Below, piece by piece: positions 1-13,032 of a stretch of DNA of 64,000 bases (positions within the stretch are counted from its first letter, which is position 1; each line of letters starts with the position of its first letter). The position numbers were made by a program, and so were the translations under genes. The DNA is taken from assembly GCA_023389005.1 (NCBI GenBank), contig JAEWFE010000029.1:887-64886 (forward strand), read 5' to 3'. Below the pieces are notes generated by a model. That model did not search any database and was not told the origin of the DNA. It saw only the letters and a program-made list of their open reading frames with translations. Source of the DNA: Bacillota bacterium. GTDB taxonomy: Bacteria; Bacillota; Bacilli; Lactobacillales; Enterococcaceae.

Positions 1-1851
<1,851 letters not shown>

Positions 1852-1859
1852 TCGTAAAC

Positions 1860-1896
1860 AAAAAGAGTGTGGCAGCATTGTCACACTCTTTGTTTA
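1860..1896 (+). terminator. Hairpin between dnaK and dnaJ
   Basis: AAAGAGTGTGGCA-GCAT-TGTCACACTCTTT inverted repeat followed by T-rich tract. Confidence 0.7.
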
Positions 1897-1953
1897 CTGA
1901 TAGCAACTAGTTATGATAAAATACTAGGGAAATTGATTTTTGGAGGTAAGCTA

Positions 1954-3105
1954 ATGGCTGATAAAAGAGATTATTATGAAGTGCTTGGCGTTTCTAAAAG
2001 TGCTTCTGATGATGAGATAAAAAAGGCTTATCGTAAGCTATCAAAGAAGTATCACCCTGATATTAATAAAGCGCCTGATGCTGAAGAAAAGTTTAAAGAA
2101 ATTTCCGAAGCATATGAAGTGTTAAGCGATAGTCAAAAACGTGCTGCCTATGATCAATATGGTCATGCTGCCAATGATCCTAATTTTGGAGCTGGTGGCT
2201 TTGGCGGAGGTTTTGGTGGCTTCGGTGGCGGTGCTGGTTTCGGAGGGTTTGAAGATATTTTTGAATCCTTCTTTAGCGGCGGTGCATCACGTAGTAACCC
2301 AAATGCACCTAGACAAGGTTCAGATTTACAATATGTCATCAATCTAGGTTTTGAAGAAGCAATTTTTGGTGTAGAAAAGAGTATTAAATATAATCGTGAT
2401 GAATTATGTCATACATGTGGGGGTAGTGGAGCAAAACCAGGTACACATCCACAAACATGTAGTAAGTGTCATGGTTCTGGTGTCATCAATGTTGAACGTC
2501 AAACCCCACTTGGTCGTGTAATGACGCGAAGTGCTTGTGATCAATGTAATGGTACAGGTAAGACCATTAGTGATCCATGTGCAACTTGTCACGGCACAGG
2601 ACGCGAAAAACATAGTCATACTGTGAAAGTAAATGTGCCTGCAGGTGTGGAAGATGGACAACAAATGCGCTTAGCTAATCAAGGGGAAGCTGGCTATAAC
2701 GGTGGTCCTTATGGTGATTTGTACGTTGTCTTTAGAGTTGAACAAAGTGATATCTTTGATCGAGATGGCGCGGAAATTTACTACGAATTACCACTTAACT
2801 TTGTGCAAGCGGCTTTAGGTGATGAAATTAATGTACCAACTGTTCATGGTGAAGTGAAATTAAAGGTGCCAGCTGGAACACAAACTGGTACAAACTTCAG
2901 ACTTCGTGGTAAAGGTGCACCAAGATTGCGTGGCGGCGGCAATGGTGACCAACACGTCAAAGTGAAAATTATTACACCGAAAAACCTAAATGAAGAACAA
3001 AAAGCTGCTTTACGTCAATTCGCTCAAGCAAGTGGTCATAAAGTAACTGAACAACAAGGGGAAGGTTTCTTTGATAAAATGAAGGATGCCTTTAAGAAAA
3101 AATAA
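1954..3105 (+). CDS. dnaJ: Chaperone DnaJ
   Basis: J-domain HPD, G/F-rich region, four CxxCxGxG repeats; start moved to ATG 1954 behind GGAGG. Confidence 0.99.
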   Translation: MADKRDYYEVLGVSKSASDDEIKKAYRKLSKKYHPDINKAPDAEEKFKEISEAYEVLSDSQKRAAYDQYGHAANDPNFGAGGFGGGFGGFGGGAGFGGFEDIFESFFSGGASRSNPNAPRQGSDLQYVINLGFEEAIFGVEKSIKYNRDELCHTCGGSGAKPGTHPQTCSKCHGSGVINVERQTPLGRVMTRSACDQCNGTGKTISDPCATCHGTGREKHSHTVKVNVPAGVEDGQQMRLANQGEAGYNGGPYGDLYVVFRVEQSDIFDRDGAEIYYELPLNFVQAALGDEINVPTVHGEVKLKVPAGTQTGTNFRLRGKGAPRLRGGGNGDQHVKVKIITPKNLNEEQKAALRQFAQASGHKVTEQQGEGFFDKMKDAFKKK

Positions 3106-3118
3106 ATGAATAGCATGG

Positions 3119-3165
3119 AAAAACGGTTTACCTAACCAAAATTGATTAGGTAAACCGTCTTTTTT
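3119..3165. terminator. Bidirectional intrinsic terminator
   Basis: ACGGTTTACCTAA...TTAGGTAAACCGT stem between convergent genes, A/T tails. Confidence 0.85.
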
Positions 3166-4678
3166 AATTTAATAGTGCTAGAAATGAGCGATTGTTGAAT
3201 TGTTTGAAAAGTTGAAGCAGTTGTTCTTGGTAGGTGGGCAAATAATCGATAGCAAGTTTTATGATATGTGAGCTAGCAGGTAGTTTTGCTTCATCAATAA
3301 AAGATGCAAACTTTGGATGGATTAACACAATCGTATTTTTAGTTTGATATAATTGTTCAATGTTTTCGGCATTAATCATAAATACTTTAGGATTTAATTT
3401 ATAGTGATTAAAAGTAGTGGTTAATTTAAGGGCGATACTTTCATATTCACTAATGGTATTTGTCACAATCATAATATCAATTTCAGGAATAAATAATTGA
3501 TAGGTCACTTCGATTTGATTGGTTAAAAAATAGATTTGCTCTTTAGTAAAGAAGTGAGGAATATTATTTGCTGCTCGCCAATTATCGATAATTCGCTGTA
3601 CTTGGTTAAAGAGCACTTTTTGATTTGCGTTTAATGTATTAAAAAGAAATGGATTACTTTCAGGAAGTAATGGGTGCAAGTTTAGAACACATTTTTTATA
3701 AAAGTAAACAATTGCCACCCGGAAGTTCCGAGTAAAGATCACTTCTTTACCTAAACGTAACTTTTGTGCAAGATGTTGCAAAAGGCTTTTGATTTGTTTA
3801 TTTGTAAAAACGATTTGATGTAAAGCTTTAATATCTTCGTTTTGCCACTGGTCAGAAAAGAGAAAATTGTTAGTTGTGCAGTAACATAAAAAGATATAGT
3901 CAAGTTCTGTTTGATTGAAGAACGTATTGAGAGATTGCTCTAAATTTAAATGGACATAATCAACTAATTGCTGATAAATGAATAATTGTTTTAGCGCAGC
4001 GAGATCTTCCCAATCTTGCAGTTCAACATTATTTTCTCGTCGCACCCAAGTTAACATCAGTAAGACTTCGAAAAACAAAAAATCATCTGTTGTCGTTTCC
4101 AATAGTTTTGGTTGAATAGCATGATTAGAAGCTAAAATAAATTCATGTGCGACTCGTATATCGTTCTCTGTTAGTGGATAATATTTTACCCCATATTGCG
4201 AATAAAGCATTGCGATAAAAAATCGAATTCTATATTCTGGACCAGCAATCTGGTGTTTATACGTTTTTAATCCAATCTGTTTTAAATACTTATCAGCTTT
4301 ATTCCTGATACGATAAGCGTTTGCAATAGAATGGTAATTTTTTTCGATGAAGGCACTAAAAGGTAATTCTTCATGATTATTAATTAAAAATTCAAAATAT
4401 TTTAAAATAATCGATTCACCATATATTTGATGTAATATTTCAAGATAATTAACATTTTTGGCCATGATAAGCTTCAAATGTTTATCTTTTTGAAATTGAA
4501 TCCGTGCCTTTCCCTGGAGTAATTGATTCAATTCGGTAACTAAGTCCTTGAGATAAACATCGCTGATATTTAAATAAGTCGACATTTTATCTAAATGAAG
4601 GACATTATTGTTGAACAAAATCATAAAAATCAAGACTTTGTTCCTGACTTTGCTTTCTAATAAATTGTCAAGCATCAT
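3164..4678 (-). CDS. Mga/AtxA-like HTH transcriptional regulator
   Basis: ~500 aa, N-terminal HTH-like region, GPEYRIRFFIA segment typical of enterococcal Mga-family proteins. Confidence 0.75.
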   Translation of the reverse strand: MMLDNLLESKVRNKVLIFMILFNNNVLHLDKMSTYLNISDVYLKDLVTELNQLLQGKARIQFQKDKHLKLIMAKNVNYLEILHQIYGESIILKYFEFLINNHEELPFSAFIEKNYHSIANAYRIRNKADKYLKQIGLKTYKHQIAGPEYRIRFFIAMLYSQYGVKYYPLTENDIRVAHEFILASNHAIQPKLLETTTDDFLFFEVLLMLTWVRRENNVELQDWEDLAALKQLFIYQQLVDYVHLNLEQSLNTFFNQTELDYIFLCYCTTNNFLFSDQWQNEDIKALHQIVFTNKQIKSLLQHLAQKLRLGKEVIFTRNFRVAIVYFYKKCVLNLHPLLPESNPFLFNTLNANQKVLFNQVQRIIDNWRAANNIPHFFTKEQIYFLTNQIEVTYQLFIPEIDIMIVTNTISEYESIALKLTTTFNHYKLNPKVFMINAENIEQLYQTKNTIVLIHPKFASFIDEAKLPASSHIIKLAIDYLPTYQEQLLQLFKQFNNRSFLALLN

Positions 4679-5256
4679 TCTTTCCCCTTTCAAATTCATA
4701 TAAACTATCCATTTTTCCCATAAATTATCACGGGTACTTCTAATTTTAGCAGAAATAATGAAAAAATCACTAATAAATTTTTATCAAAAAGCCGATTGTA
4801 TTTTAAAAATATTTGAGAATTTATATTAATACCAAGTAGCTCATGGGTTTCAACTATTTTGATGAAAGTTACTGAATAGCAACTTATTTTAATTTTAATA
4901 ATATTTTTTGCGCGTGTAATGATAAAATCAGTAAATGTATATTTAAATCATGATTTGTGAAGTATTCGTTGAAAGCAATACGGGTCTTATGAAAGATTGT
5001 GCGTTGCTTCTTTAAGTTTGTCATTTGCTGAAAATAGATTGTCTATTGTATATGATGGAGAAATGAATGATAGACAAACAGAAAAGGGGATTCCTAACGT
5101 AAAATCGAATATTTTTTTGAATGAGTAAACTGAAAACTAGGGAAAACACGAAAATTTTTCAAGAAAATTGCAAAATTAGAAGATTCTCATATTTACATTT
5201 TCTGAAAATAAGGTATGATATATTTGTAACAAAGAAAGCTTATTAGGGGGTATAAT

Positions 5257-7950
5257 GTGCGAGTGAAATTAGAAAATAGTAATAATAAAGATGTCATTCA
5301 AGAAGAAGTAGCCATATTGACGACTTTATTAGCTGAGACAACGAAAAAGATGATTGGAGAAGAAGAGTTTACTTTGATTGAAGACTTAACCAATTTATCA
5401 GTTCAAAAAGATTATCGTCAATTGGAAGAAAAAATTGCTGGTATCTCGAATGAAAAGATGGAAGTTATTTCTCGCTATTTCTCTGTCTTACCATTGCTTA
5501 TCAATATTTCTGAAGATGTTGATTTGGCATATCAAGTAAACTATTTAAATAATACCAATCAAGATTATGTGGGTAAATTATCAGATACGATTGAACAAGT
5601 TGCAGCGTCATCTCAAGCACGTGAAATCTTGCAAAATCTAAATGTTGTACCAGTATTAACAGCACACCCAACACAAGTTCAGCGTAAGACTATGCTTGGT
5701 TTAACCCAACAAATCCATGTATTACTAAGAAAGCACCGTGACGTGAAATTAGGCTTAATCAACAAGGAAAAATGGTATGATGATTTAAGACGTCATATTG
5801 AATTGATTATGCAAACGGATATGATTCGCGAAAAAAAATTAAAAGTTAGAAATGAAATTACCAATGTCACTGAGTATTATGATCGTTCATTGATTACGGC
5901 GATTAGTAATTTGGTGAGTGAGTATAAGACATTAGCTGCTAAAAAAGGAATCCAGTTGAACCAGCCTACGCCGATTACGATGGGGATGTGGATTGGTGGC
6001 GACCGTGATGGCAATCCTTATGTGACTGCAGATACGTTACAGATTTCCGCAACTACCCAAGGCGAGGTTATTTTTAATTATTATATTAAAAAAATACAAG
6101 AACTTTACTTTGCATTTTCTATTTCTACTGCTCAAGCGCAAGTCAGTGAAGAAGTTGTAGCAATGGCTGAAGCGTCAAAGGATCAGTCTGTATTCCGTGA
6201 AAAAGAATTGTACCGCAAAGCATTTAGTTATATTGAAGAACGTTTGAGAAATACCTTGGCTTATGTGGTAGAAGATCAAGATTTGCAACCTAGATATAAC
6301 CGAGTAAGTGAATTCCAAAACGATTTACAAAAAATCCAAAATTCATTATTGCAAAATCATGGTGAAGCACTTTTAAAAGGTGATTTTAATGAATTGGTTC
6401 AAGCTACTGAAATTTTTGGATTCTATTTAGCGAGTATTGATATGCGTCAAGATTCTAGTGTCTTAGAAGCTTGTGTGGCTGAATTGCTCAAAAGTGCCAA
6501 CATTGAAGAAGACTATTCCGCATTAGATGAAGAAGCTAAAATCGCTGTACTCTTGAAGGAATTAGAAGAAGACCCACGAATTTTATCAGCTACAAATGTT
6601 GAGAAATCAGAGACCTTAACAAAAGAATTAGCAATCTTTAAAATGGCTTGTAAATTAAAAGATAAAATGGGCGAAGAAATCATTAAGCAACATATTATTT
6701 CTCATTCTGAAAGTGTTTCAGACTTATTAGAATTAGCAATCATGTTAAAAGAAGTGGGGTTGATTGATCGTCACTCTGCTCGTGTACAAATCGTGCCATT
6801 ATTTGAAACAATTGAAGACTTAGATAAATCTGAACCAATTATGCGCCAATATTTAACTATGCCAATTGTAAAACGTTGGTTAGCCTCTAAGAATAATTAT
6901 CAAGAAATCATGCTTGGCTATTCAGATAGTAATAAAGATGGCGGCTACCTTGCATCAGGTTGGACATTATATAAAGCGCAAAATGAATTAAAAGATTTAG
7001 GCGAAGAGCTAGGTGTCAAGATTACTTTCTTCCATGGACGTGGTGGAACAGTTGGTCGTGGAGGTGGTTCAAGCTATGATGCGATTACTTCTCAACCTTT
7101 TGATTCAATTAAAGATAGAATTCGTGTAACTGAACAAGGCGAAGTGATTGGGAATAAGTATGGGAATAAAGATGCCGCTTACTATAATCTAGAAATGCTG
7201 ATTTCATCTACTTTAGGACGTATGGTCACTCAACGCGTCACTGATACAAATCTTCTAGCTGAGTTTAGGCAATTGATGGATGGCATTGCGGAAAAGAGTT
7301 ATCATTTCTATCGCCAATTAGTTTTTGATCATCCGGGATTTTATGACTATTTCTTTGCGGCTAGTCCGATTAAAGAAGTTTCAAGTTTAAATATTGGGTC
7401 TCGTCCAGCCGCACGTAAAACCATTACTGAAATTGGTGGGCTACGGGCTATCCCATGGGTCTTCTCATGGTCACAAAACCGTGTAATGTTGCCAGGGTGG
7501 TATGGTGTAGGTTCAAGTTTTAAAGATTTTATTGATCAAGCACCAGGTAATTTGAAGGTTTTACAACAAATGTATCAAACCTGGCCATTCTTCCATTCCT
7601 TACTTTCAAATGTCGATATGGTATTATCAAAATCAAATATGTATATTGCTCATCAATATGCGCAATTATGCGAAACGGCAGAATCAAAAGAAGTTTATGA
7701 TTTACTCCTAAAAGAATGGAAATTAACCAAAGAAGTGATTTTAGCTATTGAAGAACAAGAAGACCTATTAGCAGATAATCCATATTTACGTTCTAGCTTA
7801 GACTATCGATTACCTTATTTCAATGTATTAAATTATGTTCAAATCGAATTAATTAAACGTCTGCGTAGTGGCAAACATAGTGAAAATACCGAAAAATTAA
7901 TTCATATTACGATTAATGGTATTGCAACGGGCTTACGAAACTCTGGTTGA
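5257..7950 (+). CDS. ppc: Phosphoenolpyruvate carboxylase
   Basis: [41 protein letters not shown] and C-terminal GLRNSG. Confidence 0.99.
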   Translation: MRVKLENSNNKDVIQEEVAILTTLLAETTKKMIGEEEFTLIEDLTNLSVQKDYRQLEEKIAGISNEKMEVISRYFSVLPLLINISEDVDLAYQVNYLNNTNQDYVGKLSDTIEQVAASSQAREILQNLNVVPVLTAHPTQVQRKTMLGLTQQIHVLLRKHRDVKLGLINKEKWYDDLRRHIELIMQTDMIREKKLKVRNEITNVTEYYDRSLITAISNLVSEYKTLAAKKGIQLNQPTPITMGMWIGGDRDGNPYVTADTLQISATTQGEVIFNYYIKKIQELYFAFSISTAQAQVSEEVVAMAEASKDQSVFREKELYRKAFSYIEERLRNTLAYVVEDQDLQPRYNRVSEFQNDLQKIQNSLLQNHGEALLKGDFNELVQATEIFGFYLASIDMRQDSSVLEACVAELLKSANIEEDYSALDEEAKIAVLLKELEEDPRILSATNVEKSETLTKELAIFKMACKLKDKMGEEIIKQHIISHSESVSDLLELAIMLKEVGLIDRHSARVQIVPLFETIEDLDKSEPIMRQYLTMPIVKRWLASKNNYQEIMLGYSDSNKDGGYLASGWTLYKAQNELKDLGEELGVKITFFHGRGGTVGRGGGSSYDAITSQPFDSIKDRIRVTEQGEVIGNKYGNKDAAYYNLEMLISSTLGRMVTQRVTDTNLLAEFRQLMDGIAEKSYHFYRQLVFDHPGFYDYFFAASPIKEVSSLNIGSRPAARKTITEIGGLRAIPWVFSWSQNRVMLPGWYGVGSSFKDFIDQAPGNLKVLQQMYQTWPFFHSLLSNVDMVLSKSNMYIAHQYAQLCETAESKEVYDLLLKEWKLTKEVILAIEEQEDLLADNPYLRSSLDYRLPYFNVLNYVQIELIKRLRSGKHSENTEKLIHITINGIATGLRNSG

Positions 7951-7954
7951 TGAT

Positions 7955-7995
7955 AAAAAAGAAGTTGCTAACATTCCTGCTAGCAACTTCTTTTT
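7955..7995. terminator. Bidirectional intrinsic terminator
   Basis: AAAAAGAAGTTGCTA...TAGCAACTTCTTTTT between convergent genes. Confidence 0.85.
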
Positions 7996-8788
7996 ATTGA
8001 TGGAAATGAATGTATAAATCCACAAGCCAAGTGAGTAGATAGAATACACTAATAATGCCACAAATGATCATATGGCGTCGTTTGTTCATCATGACAATGG
8101 CAGCAAATTCTCTCAGCAAGGCATTGGGCAGGAAGTAGCGTGCAGTATGAGCACCTAAGCCTTGTGCGGTTAGTCCTACTTGCTCGGCGAAAATTCCTGC
8201 CCGAAAAATATGATAATTATTAGAAAAGAAAACGACATGATAAGGTTTAATAAGACGGTTATCCATTAATTGTTTACTGAACCGCATATTTTCTAAAGTG
8301 GTGGTTGATTGATCTTCAAGTAAAATATCTTCTTCATTTATTCCTTGTTCTAAAGCATAATTTTTCATTGCTTGTGCTTCTGAAATCTTTTCATCCGGCC
8401 CTTGACCACCAGACATGATAAATTTTGCTGGATGATTGGTCTTAGTTTTTTGTAAATGGAAAAATTCGATTGCTCGATTAATACGTTGAGCAAGTAATGG
8501 GGTCACTCGTTCACCATTAATCAAACCTGCACCAAGCACAATAAGATAATCTTGGTTAAGTTTTGGACGTAAAAATTGGTAAATCCAAACACAGATTAAA
8601 AAATTGAATAAAACAAACATGAAGTATCCGGTTATCACGGTAGGTAAGGCTAAGAAACTTAATAGCCAATGTGGTAGATGGTCTCTAAAAATTTGTAAGA
8701 ATAAGTATAAAATTAGACCGATTGCACAGATAAAGGTAAGCATATTGGCTAAACTGCGCGATTCTTTTTTAAAGACAACATAACTATT
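7994..8788 (-). pseudogene. DUF218/YdcF-family membrane protein, 5'-truncated at the prophage junction
   Basis: IVLGAG, SGGQGPDE, STTTLEN, NNYHIFRA motifs; frame stays open upstream of ATG 8743 (NSYVVFKKESRSLAN) then hits TAG at 8791-8789, with no RBS before 8743. Confidence 0.75.
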
Positions 8789-8930
8789 CTACAGTAGAAA
8801 AATGAAACGTTGATTTCAGAATACAAAAGTTAATATATCAAGGTTTTTGGAAGTTGTGCATAGTAGAAAAGTGTAGGTAAATTTGGTTTATTCCTACATT
8901 ATTTCTACCATGTTCTATATTATGACGTAT

Positions 8931-10157
8931 CTATTTAATTGTTTCCATCTCGTCCCTCATCCATTCAATATCTCTATCCGTATATGTTTTTTCTGTGATA
9001 TCGTCAATCGCATGACCGACGATGTATTTAATAGCATATTCGTCCATTTTATATCTCTTGGCCATTGTCACGAATTGCACCCGAGGGTCATGGGGATTAT
9101 GTTCGTCTTCAAAACTATTCGTTAGAGATTTTAGTTTATTCAAGTAATTACAATATTTAAGTGGTATTCGTTTCTTGGTTCTTCCGCTGATTATCGTAAT
9201 GAGTGTATTCGATTGATTTTCACAAGCTATCTCATAGAATCGTTTGACATATTTTTGAATTTTCGAATGTATTGGAACGACTCTATCCATTCCATTCTTT
9301 GTTTTACTGCCTCCTTTAAAAGTCCAATTTTCTAAGTCTACATCTTCTAATTTTATATTGCATAATTCATCTGGGCGCCATCCAGAATAACATTGAACAA
9401 GTATAGCTGCTTCTACATCTAAATCTTCGACTTTACTCCATAAATACGTCATCTCTTTATCATTAAATGACTTATGGATAGGTTGTTTCTTGTCGCCGTT
9501 GTTTGATTTCATCAGTTTGATATTTTGAGCCACATTTTTATCAACAAACTCGTATTCGATTGCTAAATCTAATATTTGTTCAATTGTTTCTTTTATCTTG
9601 TTTTGTACAATATCAGAGGCAATATGAGTTTTTCCATGTTTATCGACATAGGTGGCATTTTGTATACATAATTTCACATCTTTACTTTTTAGTTCAGAAA
9701 CAAGAAATTTGTGAAGAGGATGTAAATATTTCCAATGTGTTCGTATCGCGTATTGTCTACTCTTTGATAATTCATCACGTTTTCTTTCTTTCCACCAACG
9801 TTCATACAATTCCTCTAAAGTGATATCCTCTTTTAATTCGTATGGATGACGATTATATTCTACTAAAGCAGCATACGCATCATTATACGTTTCGAAATAC
9901 GCTTGTGGTTTCAGTAATTTAGATATCACACGTCCTTCGGGAGTTTTACCAACAGGGATCATAGCTCTAAATGGTTTGCGTAGATTTCGTCCTTTTATTT
10001 CGCTAATCTGTCCAAACCCATTCGGTAATCTTCTTCTACGATTCGATTTTCTCCTTCTTGGTTCTCTAGCTTTTTCATTGATAGGATAGCCACAGTGCGG
10101 ACAAGCATAGGCTTTATCACTAACTTGTAAACTACATTCGGGGCATTTCATCAACAT
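8931..10157 (-). CDS. int: Tyrosine integrase with N-terminal Zn ribbon
   Basis: SGWRPDE (R), KT (K), HDPR (HxxR), VGH and downstream Y; CPEC/CPHC at the N-terminus. Confidence 0.93.
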   Translation of the reverse strand: MLMKCPECSLQVSDKAYACPHCGYPINEKAREPRRRKSNRRRRLPNGFGQISEIKGRNLRKPFRAMIPVGKTPEGRVISKLLKPQAYFETYNDAYAALVEYNRHPYELKEDITLEELYERWWKERKRDELSKSRQYAIRTHWKYLHPLHKFLVSELKSKDVKLCIQNATYVDKHGKTHIASDIVQNKIKETIEQILDLAIEYEFVDKNVAQNIKLMKSNNGDKKQPIHKSFNDKEMTYLWSKVEDLDVEAAILVQCYSGWRPDELCNIKLEDVDLENWTFKGGSKTKNGMDRVVPIHSKIQKYVKRFYEIACENQSNTLITIISGRTKKRIPLKYCNYLNKLKSLTNSFEDEHNPHDPRVQFVTMAKRYKMDEYAIKYIVGHAIDDITEKTYTDRDIEWMRDEMETIK

Positions 10158-10239
10158 AGTTCTTTCACCTCATTGTAAGTATTTTTCAATTATCATATTA
10201 TTAGAAGTGTAGGAGTGTGTCAATTCCTATATTTTTGTT

Positions 10240-10590
10240 ATGGAGGAAGTTATGATAAAAGAAAATGAAATGAATTGTCCGAATTGTGGAAAAAATTTGA
10301 AAAGACATGATTGCGTAAAAAGACATTATCGTACGAAGGGTGGGGTGCAGAAATATATTCTTGTTGAGCGAATGAAATGTATCGACTGTGGGAAAATTCA
10401 TCGAGTCATCCCTGATTTTTTATGTGCGTATAAACATTATGAAAAAGAAATCATTTCTGGTGTACTTGAAGGATTAATTACAAGCGACACTATTGGATAC
10501 GAAGATTTTCCATGCGAAATGACAATGACGAGATGGCTGAATGATACTTTCCACCTTTGTTGTTTTAACAAAACGCAACAGTTATCCTAG
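10240..10590 (+). CDS. Zn-ribbon phage protein (DUF6431-like)
   Basis: CPNC...CIDC, PDFLCAYKHY. Confidence 0.6.
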   Translation: MEEVMIKENEMNCPNCGKNLKRHDCVKRHYRTKGGVQKYILVERMKCIDCGKIHRVIPDFLCAYKHYEKEIISGVLEGLITSDTIGYEDFPCEMTMTRWLNDTFHLCCFNKTQQLS

Positions 10591-10618
10591 AATAGCAGTT
10601 GAAAGGAGGTAATAGCAG

Positions 10619-10927
10619 TTGGAAGAAGAATTATTTGCAACTGGGTCCGTACCTGTTTCTGTAGCTGCTAAAATTTACGGTAAAGACGCTACATGGGTGA
10701 GAGCAGGAATTATCTGTGGATGGTTACCTATCGGAACCGCTACAAGAAGAGGTGTCCAAATAACCTCGATGGATGAAGTTAATTCGAAGTACGGACGGAT
10801 CAATTTTTATATTTCACCCAAACGTCTATACGAAGACACAGGATATATTTGGAGAGGAGAGAGATGTTTTAATGGCGACAACTATAAGACCAGAATTATC
10901 GAAGAAGAATGCATATTGGATGGATAA
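10619..10927 (+). CDS. Putative excisionase-like HTH DNA-binding protein
   Basis: VSVAAKIYGKDATWVRAGI resembles a Xis/MerR-type HTH; AGGAGG RBS before TTG; close to int. Confidence 0.5.
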   Translation: MEEELFATGSVPVSVAAKIYGKDATWVRAGIICGWLPIGTATRRGVQITSMDEVNSKYGRINFYISPKRLYEDTGYIWRGERCFNGDNYKTRIIEEECILDG

Positions 10928-11309
10928 ACATCGTTATTACGAGCTAAAACATTTCTGTTTACAATACCACCATTGGAGACAACAATATCTAGAGTTACAG
11001 TTATATTTCTCAAAGCATCAATTGGGATTAGATAAAGTGACCCAGAGTCGAAAAGTGGATGTGATGGATGAGCGGGTGATTGAGATGATATATTTCTCTG
11101 AGCGAATGCTGTTAGTAGAAATGGTAGCTAAGGAGACGGATGATTTCCTATATCCATATATTCTAAAAGCAGTAATCGATGATGTGTCGTATACAAATTT
11201 AAAAACGCAACATCATATTCCGTGTAGTAGAGATGTGTACTATGAGAATTATCGTAAATTCTTTTATATTTTGAGCAAGCGTCGAGAACAACTTTCTAAT
11301 CTAGCTTGA
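10872..11309 (+). CDS. Putative transcriptional regulator (ArpU/RinA-like size and C-terminus)
   Basis: GGAG RBS before ATG 10872; C-terminal helical segment ...SYTNL...CSRDVYYENYRKFF. Confidence 0.45.
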   Translation: MATTIRPELSKKNAYWMDKHRYYELKHFCLQYHHWRQQYLELQLYFSKHQLGLDKVTQSRKVDVMDERVIEMIYFSERMLLVEMVAKETDDFLYPYILKAVIDDVSYTNLKTQHHIPCSRDVYYENYRKFFYILSKRREQLSNLA

Positions 11310-11332
11310 ATATTTTTATTCTAGAATAGACT

Positions 11333-11361
11333 TCGCATGAGAAACATCTCCTATTATGAGG
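11333..11361 (+). promoter_or_regulatory. 29-bp phage motif copy 1
   Basis: TCGCATGAGAAACATCTCCTATTATGAGG. Confidence 0.85.
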
Positions 11362-11373
11362 AGGTTGATATTT

Positions 11374-11577
11374 ATGAATAATAAAGATTATGTAGTTTTG
11401 TATGCTTACTCACATGATAGTGACGAGGTTGTTGAAATGGAGATGTCAAACAGGGAGGTAATTACGCTAACCGCGTTTGCAATCATCGGAGCAGCAACGA
11501 TTATGTTACACGGAGTTAAGATTGGAAAACTAGCAATCGAAAAAATTAAAGAAAAAACTTCTAATAAAGAGTCTTAA
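11374..11577 (+). CDS. Small hypothetical membrane protein
   Basis: GAGGAGG RBS; hydrophobic helix followed by basic tail. Confidence 0.7.
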   Translation: MNNKDYVVLYAYSHDSDEVVEMEMSNREVITLTAFAIIGAATIMLHGVKIGKLAIEKIKEKTSNKES

Positions 11578-11596
11578 CAAAGGCTCTTTTCTTTTC

Positions 11597-11625
11597 TCGC
11601 ATGAGAAACAAGTCCTTTAATGGAA
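11597..11625 (+). promoter_or_regulatory. 29-bp phage motif copy 2
   Basis: TCGCATGAGAAACAAGTCCTTTAATGGAA directly after an AAAGAG...CTCTTT terminator. Confidence 0.85.
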
Positions 11626-11649
11626 ATATATTATTAGGAGGAACTAAAA

Positions 11650-11913
11650 ATGGATAGAAAACTTCATAAAACAGCGGAAATATTTGCATTTAAGGATGTG
11701 AAAATGAATTATGAATTGGCTAAATCCCATTTTGAAATAGCTACAAAATGTGGACTTAGAAGCAAGGTATTGCGTGCGAAAGGTATTTATATGCTTGATA
11801 TTAGTGGGTATAGAAACCAATTTATAAAATTTTACACATTAGCTTTGTTCAAGTTTCCCTCGAAGTTGGAGAATTTGAAATGTTTAGTGAAAGTGATAAA
11901 AGATTTTGACTAG
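11650..11913 (+). CDS. Hypothetical protein
   Basis: AGGAGG RBS; followed by a hairpin terminator. Confidence 0.75.
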   Translation: MDRKLHKTAEIFAFKDVKMNYELAKSHFEIATKCGLRSKVLRAKGIYMLDISGYRNQFIKFYTLALFKFPSKLENLKCLVKVIKDFD

Positions 11914-11949
11914 GATAGGCGAATTGCCTATTCTTTTTTCTTTTTAACA

Positions 11950-11958
11950 TGGTATAAT
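11950..11958 (+). promoter_or_regulatory. Host sigma-A extended -10 promoter for the lipoprotein gene
   Basis: TGGTATAAT (TGnTATAAT) about 30 nt upstream of ATG 11990. Confidence 0.6.
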
Positions 11959-11989
11959 GAATTAAATTACACGTTGGGAGTGAATTGGA

Positions 11990-12727
11990 ATGAAAAAAAT
12001 AGTATTAGTATTCGCTTGCATTAGCGTATTATCGTTGGCGGCTTGCAGAAAAAATGAAACAGTTAAAACGACAAAAAGTACAACTGTATCAACATCATCA
12101 ATGGCTAAGGAAGACGATTTTACAAGCGAAAGTGAGACGCCGTTAGATATAGATTGGCCATCCTCAGATATTGGTAAACAGATTCCAAAACCTACTTCTG
12201 GAGAAGCGGAAGTAATATATACTGACGAAGTTCTACGGATAGATTTAAAGTCGATAACAAAGAAAGATTATGACAATTACTATAACAAAATAAAGAAAAA
12301 ATATTCTCGAGATGTTCAAAATCGAAACTCCGATGAAGAGGCATACTTTAGAGGATATAACAAAGAAAATTATGAGTTAGAGTTATATTTTGACGGCAAT
12401 GAAAAAACAATAACCATCGCACTAGAGAGTCCAAAAGGGGCTGAAGATTTAACTTGGCCAACGGATGGATTAGGAAAACAAGTTCCTTCTCCTGATGCTA
12501 AAAAAGGGACTATAAAATATAACTCTGATAATCAATTTGGAGCAGATATTAGTGAAATGAGTAAATCCGATTTTAAGAAGTATATTAGCAAATTAAAACA
12601 ATCTGGATTTACTAAAAATACTAGCTCAAGTAGTGAATATTTCCGTGCTACTAATGATTCCGGTGTAAATGTTTCCGTAAGTTATTCTGGTGGAAACTTA
12701 ATGAATATTTCTGCATATGTTGAATAA
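11990..12727 (+). CDS. Lipoprotein with two internal repeats (moron; possible superinfection exclusion)
   Basis: Signal peptide with lipobox LAAC; S/T linker; repeats DWPSSDIGKQIPKP and TWPTDGLGKQVPSP. Confidence 0.8.
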   Translation: MKKIVLVFACISVLSLAACRKNETVKTTKSTTVSTSSMAKEDDFTSESETPLDIDWPSSDIGKQIPKPTSGEAEVIYTDEVLRIDLKSITKKDYDNYYNKIKKKYSRDVQNRNSDEEAYFRGYNKENYELELYFDGNEKTITIALESPKGAEDLTWPTDGLGKQVPSPDAKKGTIKYNSDNQFGADISEMSKSDFKKYISKLKQSGFTKNTSSSSEYFRATNDSGVNVSVSYSGGNLMNISAYVE

Positions 12728-12759
12728 TTATTAAGAGCTCTTTTTAGGGCTCTTTTTTT

Positions 12760-12788
12760 TCGCGTGAAAAACATGTTCTATTATGAGG
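12760..12788 (+). promoter_or_regulatory. 29-bp phage motif copy 3
   Basis: TCGCGTGAAAAACATGTTCTATTATGAGG; shares the 26-nt leader CTATTATGAGGAGGTTGATATTTATG with copy 1. Confidence 0.85.
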
Positions 12789-12800
12789 AGGTTGATATTT

Positions 12801-13001
12801 ATGTTAAATAATTTGAGATGGAAACTATCAGCGATGTTAGCCAAAAAAGGAGCGGAAGAATCAAGTAAAGGGGATGTAGAAAGTATTCTTAAATCGTTGA
12901 AATACATGAAATATTCTATTATGATCGCACCGCGTGATAAAGTATTTGGGTTAGTCGCTGAAGAGATTCAAAAGACGGTAGAAAAATATCGCAACTACTA
13001 A
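12801..13001 (+). CDS. Hypothetical protein
   Basis: GAGGAGG RBS 9 nt before ATG 12801; terminator follows. Confidence 0.7.
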   Translation: MLNNLRWKLSAMLAKKGAEESSKGDVESILKSLKYMKYSIMIAPRDKVFGLVAEEIQKTVEKYRNY

Positions 13002-13032
13002 AAAAGAGGGTCCAACCGAAAAGGAAGGACTC

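Noticed and set aside
1867..1953. N-terminal extension of DnaJ in the ORF track
   Set aside because: It overlaps the intergenic hairpin; the RBS-supported start is ATG 1954
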